NCBI GenBank assembly: GCA_964019335.1
Contig: OZ025662.1
Location: 248,001-312,000, forward strand
Source of the DNA: Diplonema japonicum
Taxonomy: Eukaryota; Protista; Euglenozoa: Diplonemea
Length of the DNA: 64,000 bases
Direction of reading: 5' to 3'
Shown here: positions 1 through 9,781 of the stretch, in pieces
How positions within the stretch are numbered: position 1 is the first letter of the stretch
How the letters are laid out: each line of letters starts with the position of its first letter
Translations under genes and position numbers: made by a program
The notes under the pieces: generated by a model
Told to the model about the DNA's origin: nothing
What the model saw: only the letters and a program-made list of their open reading frames with translations
Databases searched by the model: none

Positions 1-1185
1 CCTGCATCCCCCTCCGCCGTCGTAACAGCTAATACCAGGCTGACCGACGCGGCACACTGGCAAAATGTTAGGCATATTCAGCTCAGTATCTCACAAGAGA
101 TGGCCGCTTGCCTGCGCCCTGGTGCATCCTTGGGGTTCGTGCCCACCAATCCACCCGCACAAGTCACCGCCCTTCTGAAGCGCCTGAGCCTGACTGGCGA
201 TGAGGTCATTAGGATACGTTTGAGCACTGACACAGGCATAGCCCTCATAGGCACCCCGCCTGCCTACACGACACGCCTTATAAGTGTTAAGACCTTGTTC
301 ACGGAGTACTTGGACATCTGTGGTACACCTGGAAGAGTGTTCTTTGAAGTGATGCAAAGCGTGTGTCCTGAAGGACCGGAACAAAACAAGCTGAAAGAGA
401 TGGCAAGCACTGAGGGCGCAGAAGACTTGCGCTTCTACTGTACAAGAGAGAGGCGGACATTTATAGAGGTTTTGAAGGATTTCTCGTCGATTAAAGCGAC
501 TGTAGAATTGCTGCTAGAGACGGTGCCGCAGATCCAGACGAGACAGTACTCCATCTCGTCGATGCCGAACAGCACGGTGAGTGTCACGGTGGCTGTGGTG
601 GAGTACAAGACGCCGTACGGGAGGCATAAGAACGGGTTGTGTTCTAGTTATCTCGAAAGGCTGAAGGAAGGCGATAAGGTGCCTGTAACTGTGCATGAAC
701 CGACGCTCACATTCCCCGATGAGGACGTTCCAATGGTGCTCATCGGACCGGGGACGGGCATCGCGCCTTGCAGGTCTATCATCCAGAACAAGGAAATACT
801 CGGATGGCCATCCGACGTTCTGTGTGTGTTCGGGTGCAGAAACCACGACAAGGACTATTTGTACGGAGTGGAAATGGAAGATCTTGCGGAAAAGACAAAG
901 AAATTCGCCTACCATGCCGCCTTCTCGCGTGACCAAGACAGGAAGGTGTACGTTCAGGATGTGATCCGTGCGAACGAGGAAATATCTGTTTTTATCACCA
1001 AAACTCTTCTCCAAGAAGGCGGTGTGGTCTACATCTCAGGCAACGCAAAGGCCATGCCACAGTCGGTAGAGAAGGCACTTACATTCTGTCTCATGAAACA
1101 CTGCAATGCACCAGAAGAAGAGGCGGAAGCAACGATCAAAGATCTCAAGAAGGCGAAGCAGATCCAGTTTGACACTTGGAACTAA
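1..1185 (+). CDS. NDOR1: NADPH-dependent diflavin oxidoreductase 1 (Tah18/NDOR1), 5'-incomplete
   Basis: Frame open from base 1 (..NTRLTDAAHWQNVRHI..). FAD/NADPH motifs RQYSISS, GLCSSYL, IGPGTGIAP, FGCR, AFSRDQ-KVYVQD, and C-terminal DTW. Confidence 0.85.
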   Translation, partial: PASPSAVVTANTRLTDAAHWQNVRHIQLSISQEMAACLRPGASLGFVPTNPPAQVTALLKRLSLTGDEVIRIRLSTDTGIALIGTPPAYTTRLISVKTLFTEYLDICGTPGRVFFEVMQSVCPEGPEQNKLKEMASTEGAEDLRFYCTRERRTFIEVLKDFSSIKATVELLLETVPQIQTRQYSISSMPNSTVSVTVAVVEYKTPYGRHKNGLCSSYLERLKEGDKVPVTVHEPTLTFPDEDVPMVLIGPGTGIAPCRSIIQNKEILGWPSDVLCVFGCRNHDKDYLYGVEMEDLAEKTKKFAYHAAFSRDQDRKVYVQDVIRANEEISVFITKTLLQEGGVVYISGNAKAMPQSVEKALTFCLMKHCNAPEEEAEATIKDLKKAKQIQFDTWN

Positions 1186-1279
1186 CGACAAAGGCTTCTT
1201 GTTATCAGGAGCCAAGTTTAGTGCAAAATCAAGAATATAAGATATATCCGCATCGAATTATACACAGGTGGCGGGAGAA

Positions 1280-4200
1280 ATGAGCCGCCGGAAGAGGGCT
1301 CTAAGCACGGCCCCAAAAACTAAGAAAAAACAAAAGACAGAAGATGTGAAGAGTCGAGCGGTGATGCTGAACTTCGTGAGGAAGACAAAACCGGAAGAAG
1401 AGAACATAATTGTACTTACTGATGACGAGCCCTGCAACAGTGCGAAGCGATTAAGTGGTGACATGTCATCGCTGCCGTCACCAGGAAGTCTGCAAAGCCT
1501 ACCTATCCATGTGGAAGAGACGTTGATGGAGGAGTACGACGACACTGTCGAACCAAGTGATGCCGCTGTAGTTGGTGCGCTGATCCTACTATGCAACACT
1601 ATACTACTACCAGAAGGGACCAGCACCCAAGACTTGGTGTACTTGATTACTCAGCCGTCCATACCTGTAATATTCCCCTACGAACGTGTGCACTCTCTGA
1701 TAACAGCGGCTGTGTGTCTTTACGTCACCACAGTCGTGACTCAACCCAAAGTTGTGGTGCTCGATGCAGACATGCAAAAAATGTGCACTGTGCACAAGGA
1801 CGGAGAAGAAATAGTAGAGTTGAACGTCATCAACGGCGACATGGGAAAGGTGAAGGGGGCTGGTGGTTATGGAAGGCTGATGATGGCTCAGGCAAGAAAT
1901 GCAGAGAAGCCTTGGGAGAGGTACCTTGTGGTGCTTAACGGTGGGTGGGGGGTTGGGGGATACACGGAGTGCCGCAGTGGAACAGATATTAATATTATTG
2001 CACACCAACAGCGTATACCGACGATGCGATTAACTGACCCAACCTCGCCCTATAACGGGACCGTAGCCATTACACTTTCGGACAAGCAGCCTGTGCTTCT
2101 GGTACAGCACCCGTCTATATTGATATCTGCAACAGAGATCTCTGACGCTTTGCAGTGCTCCCGCAAGCCATACCTATCGAGGAAGTCGCGCTCCAGCTGG
2201 TCTAAAATGTCCCTACCCGCCTTGTCGGGTACCATAGTACACGGTGTAGTACAGGAGTGCATCGAGAAGGGCTCCGTCAACGACGGTTTGGTGCGCAGCC
2301 TCATTAAGAAATACATCGCGTTAAGTGCTGTTGAACTCCACACCGCACATCAAACAGACATCAGTGCCGCAAGCCTGATCGAGCCTTTTATCCCGACTAT
2401 CAAACATTGCGTGGTGGCCCTCAAGGCTTCATGCATGGAAGACACGTCAGCTCAGCCAAGCAAACGGATATCTGCAACGCGTTTGGTAGAAGCAGAGAAG
2501 AGAGTATCGTGTGAGTACCACGGCCTGAAGGGCATCGTCGATGCACAGGTGCTTGTTGACATTGAGGACACCGTGCGGCCTGCCGCGATGGAGTTGAAAA
2601 CTCTTCAGCACCTCCCGCAGAGAGGTAGGACAGTGCTTAGGACGCACCACAAAGCACAGCTGCTCGTGTACCTTCTGTTGCTCAAGATGGAAGGCAAACC
2701 TGTCACAGATGGCATCTTGGCTTACCTTGCAAAGGGCTGTTCCCATGCCCGCATCGTGTCTGTCGAGAGGGAAGTACTATGGATGGAGACAGCACATATC
2801 ATACGAGTGCGAAACGCTCTTGCTGTACACCTGCACTTTCAAGAGCTACCACAACCCGACTTCACGCAGCTCAGAACGTGCAAAATATGTTCTCATGCTG
2901 AGGCCTGCCTGAGCTTAGCAAGCATCCATAACGAGCGTCCTCCCTCTAGGATACTGGACTTTATAGAAGCCGTACAGCCTGGGATGGTGAAGGAAGATAC
3001 GGAGATCATGAGGAGAGAGAGCACCCTTTCGGAGGTGGGTGGTTTTGACTCGCAAGGTAGCATGTCGATGGGCGATTCGCAAGAGAGGAGAAAGCACACA
3101 GAGTCAAACTGGGACCAGTTGGCAAAGTCCGAAAAGGAAGTTGAATTTCTAAAGAAGTGGGACAAATGGATTGGATTAGAAGAGAACGGGAAAAGCAACA
3201 CCCTGCTTGCGAAGCAGCGGGGGAACGTGGTATCGCTGTACTCACAAGTCAAGAACGAGAGATTGCGTTCCTTAGTTGTGAATTTAGAGGCACCTGTATT
3301 CAAACCTAGTAAAGTAGGTCTCGAGGTTCCTATCGGCATGTCTCTTAACGAGCAGCAGAAGACTGCAATCCAGAGAGCATTAGCATGTGAAGACTACAGC
3401 ATCATCCAGGGGCTGCCAGGCACGGGAAAGACCACAACCATCGCAGTGCTAGTGTGGATACTTGCTACCATGGGTCGCAAAATCCTGGTAGCTTCTGGAA
3501 CAAACTCTGCTGTTGACACTATATGCCTTAAACTCAAGGAAATAGGGATTCACTTTGTCAGACTGACAGCCGCAGGAAAGGAAGGCGACACGCATCCCGC
3601 GCTGGCGCACAACGTGTTTCCCGCGAAGTTCGAATCCATTGAAGGAGTAGGAACCGTCTTGAAGGGCTGCTCAGTGGTGGCTGCGACGGCCCACAATTTG
3701 CACCACGCTGTGATCAAAGGGGGGATGTTTGACCATGTGGTGGTGGACGAAGCAGGGCAGATGCTGCTGCCCGTGTGTGTGGGCGCTCTGTTATGTGCGA
3801 AACAATTCACCTTGGTAGGTGACCACGAGCAACTCCCTCCGATAGTTAGGTCCGATGAAGCAGTGGCAGAAGGCGCTGCAGTCAGCTTGCTGGAAAGACT
3901 GACGCTGGCACACCCCAAGGCAGTGACGACGTTGACACTGCAGTATCGAATGAACAGTGAGATTGCTGCAATCCCCAACTTGGTGATGTACAACGGGAGG
4001 CTTGAGATGGGGTGTGATGCTGTGGCTAATGGGAGGCTGAAAGGGCTAACCATTGAGAGTGGGCTGCCTGAGTGGCTGCAGCTGTCCCTGCAGATGGACC
4101 AACCGTTGGTATTTGTAGATTGCAGCGACATCTCAGAGAAAGGCGATGCGCAGAACGTCAGCATTGTCGAAGCGAAGATGGCACTTAGCATCGCAAAGCG

Positions 4201-4546
4201 GCTGGAACCACACGGCACTGTGGGCATCATATCCCCGTTCAGGCCCCAGGTCGAGCTTCTCAAGTCATACTTAGACACCAACACTACCACTGAAGTCCTC
4301 ACTGTTGACCAAGCGCAAGGCAAAGACCTCGATTCAGTGATCATCACCCTTGCCAAGTGTGCTGGTGACAAGGTGGGACCCCTAATACGATCTCCGAATC
4401 GACTTAATGTTGCCTTCACGCGTGCTCGCAAGAAGCAAGTCTGTCTGGGATGCTTCACATCCGTCTTCGACGACCTCCCTGAATGGAGCGCTATTTTATC
4501 CTATGTGAAGGCCAAGGGTCTGATGGTGAAACCCTCTTCATATTAG
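1280..4546 (+). CDS. DNA2: DNA2 nuclease-helicase
   Basis: Fe-S nuclease cysteines (QCSRK..CKICSHAEAC), GTIVH, LKGIVD..ELKT; SF1 helicase motifs GLPGTGKT, DEAGQ, GDHEQLPP, QYRMN, TVDQAQG, RLNVAFTRA. ATG 1280 follows an AG at 1266-1267. Confidence 0.9.
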   Translation: MSRRKRALSTAPKTKKKQKTEDVKSRAVMLNFVRKTKPEEENIIVLTDDEPCNSAKRLSGDMSSLPSPGSLQSLPIHVEETLMEEYDDTVEPSDAAVVGALILLCNTILLPEGTSTQDLVYLITQPSIPVIFPYERVHSLITAAVCLYVTTVVTQPKVVVLDADMQKMCTVHKDGEEIVELNVINGDMGKVKGAGGYGRLMMAQARNAEKPWERYLVVLNGGWGVGGYTECRSGTDINIIAHQQRIPTMRLTDPTSPYNGTVAITLSDKQPVLLVQHPSILISATEISDALQCSRKPYLSRKSRSSWSKMSLPALSGTIVHGVVQECIEKGSVNDGLVRSLIKKYIALSAVELHTAHQTDISAASLIEPFIPTIKHCVVALKASCMEDTSAQPSKRISATRLVEAEKRVSCEYHGLKGIVDAQVLVDIEDTVRPAAMELKTLQHLPQRGRTVLRTHHKAQLLVYLLLLKMEGKPVTDGILAYLAKGCSHARIVSVEREVLWMETAHIIRVRNALAVHLHFQELPQPDFTQLRTCKICSHAEACLSLASIHNERPPSRILDFIEAVQPGMVKEDTEIMRRESTLSEVGGFDSQGSMSMGDSQERRKHTESNWDQLAKSEKEVEFLKKWDKWIGLEENGKSNTLLAKQRGNVVSLYSQVKNERLRSLVVNLEAPVFKPSKVGLEVPIGMSLNEQQKTAIQRALACEDYSIIQGLPGTGKTTTIAVLVWILATMGRKILVASGTNSAVDTICLKLKEIGIHFVRLTAAGKEGDTHPALAHNVFPAKFESIEGVGTVLKGCSVVAATAHNLHHAVIKGGMFDHVVVDEAGQMLLPVCVGALLCAKQFTLVGDHEQLPPIVRSDEAVAEGAAVSLLERLTLAHPKAVTTLTLQYRMNSEIAAIPNLVMYNGRLEMGCDAVANGRLKGLTIESGLPEWLQLSLQMDQPLVFVDCSDISEKGDAQNVSIVEAKMALSIAKRLEPHGTVGIISPFRPQVELLKSYLDTNTTTEVLTVDQAQGKDLDSVIITLAKCAGDKVGPLIRSPNRLNVAFTRARKKQVCLGCFTSVFDDLPEWSAILSYVKAKGLMVKPSSY

Positions 4547-4634
4547 AACATTTACCATCATTGCCAATAGAGCTAATCACTAGAGTACTCACATTGGTCT
4601 TGTGAACTCTTGTATCACACCACAACAGGTCAAA

Positions 4635-5678
4635 ATGAGTTGCACTGGTGAATGTGCAATGCTTGTGGCATATAGTGAGCAGTGCCCTGAATGGTGGACA
4701 TGGAGGGAGACCATGTTTGTGGCCCTCTACTATGTGGGGGGCGTGATGGAGGTGTGCATTAGCAGCAGGATTGGCATGTGGACGCTTGTCGGGTTGGCCG
4801 TAACGGAGGCGGTGGTGACTCTATTGCAGGGCGTGCTGATGGGCGAGCGGCCTTTCTGGGTAGTTCCTAGTCTACAGCAAGGTGTTTGTGAGTCTGGATG
4901 GGGCTCTTTAGGCCTTGCTTCTGTGGGGTGGGCATACATGTCTGTTGTGGTGTCGGGCATCTGTACGCACCCGTGGAAAGCGTCTGTTGCTTCGCTCCCG
5001 GTCCTGTTTGCGATAGGTGTTGCTGAAGTTTGCCCTGGCCTGCACTGGCCTAGTCAGATTGTCACCAGCTGGCTTGTGGGCTGCACACTTGGCTACCTGA
5101 TGCTCAAAATCATCGACGCTCCCAGATATGATCTGGACAGCACAAATGTGTTCACCATCGGATTTGCTGGCGGGATTGTCATGTTTCTCCTGGGCTTCAT
5201 AGGGCTCCATGGAGTGGCTTTGATGGGGGGTGACTATGAGTGGACGGTATACCACGCAGGGGTGGTCTGCAAGCAGGGATGGGACCATGTACACCTACAA
5301 CCAGTGATTGTCGGGGTGGCAAGGCCATCTGCAGTGGTTATGGGAACAGTGTGCAGTTACGCATTCTTCAGTACGTCACCTAAAATGCCGCTGCGCACCG
5401 ACGCAACTGTGACCCTGCACCGAAGGATGGCAACACCGACCTCCACATTTGTTGTGACTGCCCTCGCATTGACAGTGACGCTGAGCATCCCACCCATCTT
5501 GTCTAGCACGTTCTTGAAGTTCGATTGGCTCGAAGCCATACCCTGGGAAGGCACACAAGGCCTTACACAGTGGATTGCCTACCTGTTTGCATCATTCACA
5601 TGGGCAGCAGCGGGATGTGTGAATGCCGACAGGAGCATCTGCGTCGAGAGACGGAACTCAGAAGGCACAGTCTCTTAG
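4635..5678 (+). CDS. Glucose-6-phosphatase/PAP2-family multi-pass membrane protein, catalytic motifs degenerate
   Basis: GERPFW..LQQGVCESG and LHWPSQI resemble G6PC motifs 1-3; several hydrophobic helices. Confidence 0.55.
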   Translation: MSCTGECAMLVAYSEQCPEWWTWRETMFVALYYVGGVMEVCISSRIGMWTLVGLAVTEAVVTLLQGVLMGERPFWVVPSLQQGVCESGWGSLGLASVGWAYMSVVVSGICTHPWKASVASLPVLFAIGVAEVCPGLHWPSQIVTSWLVGCTLGYLMLKIIDAPRYDLDSTNVFTIGFAGGIVMFLLGFIGLHGVALMGGDYEWTVYHAGVVCKQGWDHVHLQPVIVGVARPSAVVMGTVCSYAFFSTSPKMPLRTDATVTLHRRMATPTSTFVVTALALTVTLSIPPILSSTFLKFDWLEAIPWEGTQGLTQWIAYLFASFTWAAAGCVNADRSICVERRNSEGTVS

Positions 5679-5719
5679 TTATACTGCAACTACCACCATG
5701 TCACATGTTATCCAGGATC

Positions 5720-6535
5720 ATGTTCAGACTCGATGGGAAAGCAATTATTGTGACTGGCAGCTGCCAGGGAGTGGGGAAAGCGATCGCTTTAGCGTGTACT
5801 GAGGCAGGGGCACAAGCCGTTGTGATAACCGGACTCGAAAAGGAGCGAGCTGAAGGAGAAGAAGTGGCGAAGAAGACAAAGGGAGTTTTTATCGCAGCAG
5901 ACTTGAGGGAAGAGGAAGACTGCAGAGAGTTAGTTAAAAGGGCAGCAGCAGAGTACGGCAACTCCTTGCAATGCTTAGTTAACGCAGCTGGGGTCACACA
6001 CAGAGCAACCTTGAATGACACGACGACGCAGCTGTACACAGAGATTTTTCGAATCAATTTGCTGGCACCGTTTGTGCTCACACAGGAACTGTCCTACCAT
6101 CTCAAGGCACGCAATTTACCTGGGAGCGTAGTGAACATTTCTTCGGTGCAAGCACATGGCGGGATGCCGCAGAGCATGGCTTATTCAGCTCTGAAGGCAG
6201 CGCTTATTGTACAAGGGAAGAACAATGCGAAGGAGTTGCTCAAATCAAGAATCAGAGTGAACAGCATACTGCCAGGGTGGATGCCTACCCAAGGTGAGAT
6301 AGATCTACAACACCGTTTGGGTGCTCCTGCGACTTGGCTGGAAACAGCTGACAAAGGAGCCCCCTTGGGCCGCTTACTACGCCCTAGGGAATGTGCCCTT
6401 ACAGCTGTGTTTCTCCTTTCTGATGCAGCATGCATGACTACAGGGACAGCGATGGATCTCCACCCAGAGATGATCACCGGCTGTTTGCCAGATGGGACTG
6501 GTGATGGGCACAGTCCGCAAGTTGCTAAATTGTAG
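5720..6535 (+). CDS. Short-chain dehydrogenase/reductase
   Basis: TGSCQGVG Rossmann motif, VNAAG, VNISS, catalytic YSALK, IRVNSILPG. Confidence 0.9.
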   Translation: MFRLDGKAIIVTGSCQGVGKAIALACTEAGAQAVVITGLEKERAEGEEVAKKTKGVFIAADLREEEDCRELVKRAAAEYGNSLQCLVNAAGVTHRATLNDTTTQLYTEIFRINLLAPFVLTQELSYHLKARNLPGSVVNISSVQAHGGMPQSMAYSALKAALIVQGKNNAKELLKSRIRVNSILPGWMPTQGEIDLQHRLGAPATWLETADKGAPLGRLLRPRECALTAVFLLSDAACMTTGTAMDLHPEMITGCLPDGTGDGHSPQVAKL

Positions 6536-6611
6536 TGTTTACACGTAACGAGCTTTGTTTAAACAACCACAAGACAGTCATGTATAGCCGCGCAGATATA
6601 CACATAAACAA

Positions 6612-6980
6612 ATGGACGAGATTGATCCTTGTCTGCAGAAGCAGGATGTCAGAAAGTTGAGGAAGCAGCAGTGGGAGGCGAAGTGGTCACGCACAGACGG
6701 GCTGCAGAAGAGAATGGTGCGCAGCAATATGTGGGTGACAGAGAACTCGGAACAAGGTGTGAGTTGGAAGGACCACAACAAGATGCCTTCCAGGCTCCTC
6801 AACGTTTTCCACAAGAAGGATGAGCTGGGTAATCGTAGAGTGTACCTTGCCACCAACGCTGTGGTGCACTTCACTCCAGCGCACTACAAACGGACAAAAG
6901 AAATGAACTCAAATAAGGCCCAATGTAAGAAGGCATCGATGCCGACAGGGTTCGAACAGTACCCCTGCACTCGTGGGTAG
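6612..6980 (+). CDS. Hypothetical basic protein (122 aa)
   Basis: ATG-initiated ORF filling the gap between genes on the coding strand; no recognised motif. Confidence 0.5.
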   Translation: MDEIDPCLQKQDVRKLRKQQWEAKWSRTDGLQKRMVRSNMWVTENSEQGVSWKDHNKMPSRLLNVFHKKDELGNRRVYLATNAVVHFTPAHYKRTKEMNSNKAQCKKASMPTGFEQYPCTRG

Positions 6981-7140
6981 ATGTCGAGGTGCGCGGTAAG
7001 CGGCATGTTTCATTGTCTAACCCCTGCAAGCATGTCCGTTGACGTTGTGCGCCCCCTGTTTCGGTTCCTCCCTCTCCCTTTTTTTCTTCCCTTTTTTCCT
7101 TCTCTTTGTCAAGTAAACACACTTTCAGGAAAGGGGGGTC

Positions 7141-8773
7141 ATGGCATTGAGGCGGTCGGTAGTGCTGAGGCTCAGCCCTGACGAGAGAGGTCCATTTCCT
7201 CAATATGGTGGTAGGCAATTTGTCCCGCCTCCCCCCACCGGATCTAATTATTATGGAGTCACAAGGTACAGCAGCCCCATCCCGAACCCAACAGCGAACA
7301 CCGAGGCCTTTGTCCTTGAGCACGACAGAACGAGGATGAAATACTTCCTGGAACACAGGCACTTATTCTTGTTCCACACGAGAAAGGTGCCAGAGTTCTG
7401 GAAGTCGTACAGGTATGCGAACGAATACTAAGTGCAACAATAAAAATTAATCAGGTTCTACTACAAGCTGGGTGAGAGTCTGCAGGAGTGGAGAGAGAAC
7501 AGGGTCAGACAGCGGATTGAAGAACTGTTCACGAACGATGCGGTGCAGTGCACAGTGACGGAGGCCTTCGAAGTGAAACGAGTAGCAGACAGGTTAGTGA
7601 CATTGATCAAGGACGGGAGCAGATCGAGCCGAAGAATCTTGCAGGAGTTTTTTGAAGTGAAGAACTGGGACGGTGGGAGGAGGCCAAACACGTGGAGCGG
7701 TGTTGGCGAAGCAGGCGACATGCGTGCCCTGTATAAGGCGCTGGATGACTTCCCTCAAAGGTTCAAGAACCGACAGGGGAACTACACGCTCATGACACCT
7801 ACGCATACACCCACTATCAGACAAGGCGGCCCATTCCTCGACCCTGACCAGAACAGAATGCTACTGCGAAGGGTTGGTGACATCGCCATCGTTGAGATGA
7901 AGGATCGCGATTTGTCGATCTTCCACAGAGGGCAGCTCGTCACGGGAGACAAAGGGGCAGACGTGTGGGATCACGATAAGGACAGACCGCTTCTCGACAC
8001 GCACAGAGGTTTTGACGAGCAGCCGATCGGGCTGCAGGTCGACGACGAGATACGTGAAAAGGAGGAAAGGGTATGTTTAATTGAAAGGGAAAAGAAAGAG
8101 AAAAAAAAAAACCAGGAACGGAAATCACGTGGTGTGGAAGGGGACTTTGTAACAGACCCATCGCAGTATGTGGGCTACCAGGTATGTCAATGGCGAAGCA
8201 AATTTTACAACAAAACAGAAAATCAGCGACATGGAATATGAAGATCGCGTGCCTGACAAACGGAAGACCACCTACAACAGGCTCGGGTTCCACAGGGCGG
8301 CGTTTGGTAAGAACACAGCTAACAAAGAAGAGTTGGAGGAATGGCCTGCCGACCTAGAGGAAATCGAGCAGTACATCAAGACCATGAGGTTCAATGCAAC
8401 CAAGAGGCAGTTATACAAAAGCGAAAACTTTTACAAGATGTTCCCCACCATCGGGGAGGCAGCATGGGTTGAGAAGATGTATAAACCCTACATGAAAATG
8501 ACACCCGAGAGGCAGGCCCAAGTGTACCAAGTGCTTGAGAACGTCAACATCCACAACATGAGCAAGACTACCCTCACCGAAGGACTTCCTTTCCCCAAAG
8601 TCCTTGAGGAGAACTTCCTCCAAGACCACTACCGCAAAACGTGGAAAAACAAACTGGAGTTCCTTGAAAGCTTCCCTCATACCGACCCCCGAGACCGAGA
8701 ATTCCTCTGTGCGGCCCAAAAGGATGCCCTCGAAGGCAAGCTCAATGAAAAGAAAGACGATGTAGCCAGCTAG
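7141..8773 (+). CDS. Mitochondrial ribosomal protein bL17m, ~502 aa; introns 7413-7454, 8071-8115, 8182-8218
   Basis: Three GTATG..CAG introns join ORFs 7141, 7543 and 8168 in frame. L17 core LFTNDAVQCTVTEAFEVKRVADRLVTLIKDG..RR..PQRFKNRQGNYT..AIVE. Arg-rich presequence MALRRSVVLRL. Confidence 0.75.
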
Positions 8774-8901
8774 GAAAAACGAATCAAGACATCAACCTGG
8801 AGTGTGAGACAAGCGATTAAAGAGTGTTTTTCCCTCCCTTCCCCCATTTGTTATCTGTTCCAATGGTTATTTTGTTCTTTTTGTGCAATCCCCCAAAAAA
8901 A

Positions 8902-8973
8902 TTCTCCTACGCGGATTCGAACCGCGGTCGCGGGATTCAGAGTCCCGAGTGCTAACCACTACACCATAGGAGA
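8902..8973 (-). tRNA. tRNA-Gln(CTG)
   Basis: Cloverleaf TCTCCTA..TAGGAGA, anticodon arm CGGGA-CT-CTG-AA-TCCCG, T-loop GGTTCGAATCC, T-run downstream. Confidence 0.95.
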
Positions 8974-9070
8974 TGACAGGTTCATGGTAAATAATAATAA
9001 TAAATATTCCACTACCAGGCGGGAGGATCGAAGGGGAGTAGAGAAAACCATTCAAGGGAAAGGGAAAGGG

Positions 9071-9205
9071 ACATCACTTCAAACCAAGAGAGGTGTTTGA
9101 AAGTGATTCGTGAAAAGCAGTCTCTGTTACTGAGCCATTGGTCGAGGGGTCCTGGTCCGCTGCTCCCTGTAGTAAATTACTTGGACCCCCTCACCACGCT
9201 CTTTT
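9071..9205 (+). ncRNA. Candidate structured Pol III ncRNA (~135 nt), unidentified, divergent from tRNA-Gln
   Basis: Starts 97 bp from the tRNA-Gln 5' end. 5' hairpin ATCACTT-CAAAC..GTTTG-A-AAGTGAT (9073-9107); long stem 9132-9201; then TTTT. Confidence 0.55.
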
Positions 9206-9781
9206 CATAATAAAATAAAACCGATCCCACCCACCAGGCAGCACCTGGGTCTCGAGGCATTAGCCGCCTCTAGTAACAAGAGACGACCTCCCAGATTTTA
9301 AGAACTTTGGAGGAGTTTCAATTGTGAAAAATTAACCAGCTGACTGTGAAACTCCACCGTCTGCTGGACTTGTTGGGCTTTCGGGAGCCAATAAATTCAA
9401 TTCAATTAAGTTTCGTTCTTCAGTTTTTTTTTTTTTTTTTCTTCTTTTTTTTTTTTTTTTTTTTCTCAAAATAAAGGAATTCAAATCAAGCTCGATTGTG
9501 TACACCGAAGCTTGAATCATCTGTCCTTTTTTTTCTTTTTTTTTTTTTTTTTCTTTTTTCTTTCTATATGAAAGGTGAGTGGAAAATTTGAATAACACTG
9601 GGGGCGGGGGACAGGGGCCTGGTAATGGAAAATAAGGGAAGACACTGGGGAGGGAGGTGAAAAGAAAGGATAGGAGTGAAGCCAGAGTCGAGAGATTGAG
9701 TTAGAAACAATTGCTGTCTGAAGTCGTTTAACAACTTCAGACCTCAATGCTTGGAGAGTATAATATATTATAATTTATAAG

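Noticed and set aside
6959-6980. Possible 22-nt GT..AG intron removing the TAG of ORF 6612
   Set aside because: Shorter than all supported introns, non-consensus donor, and the frame stops a few codons later anyway.
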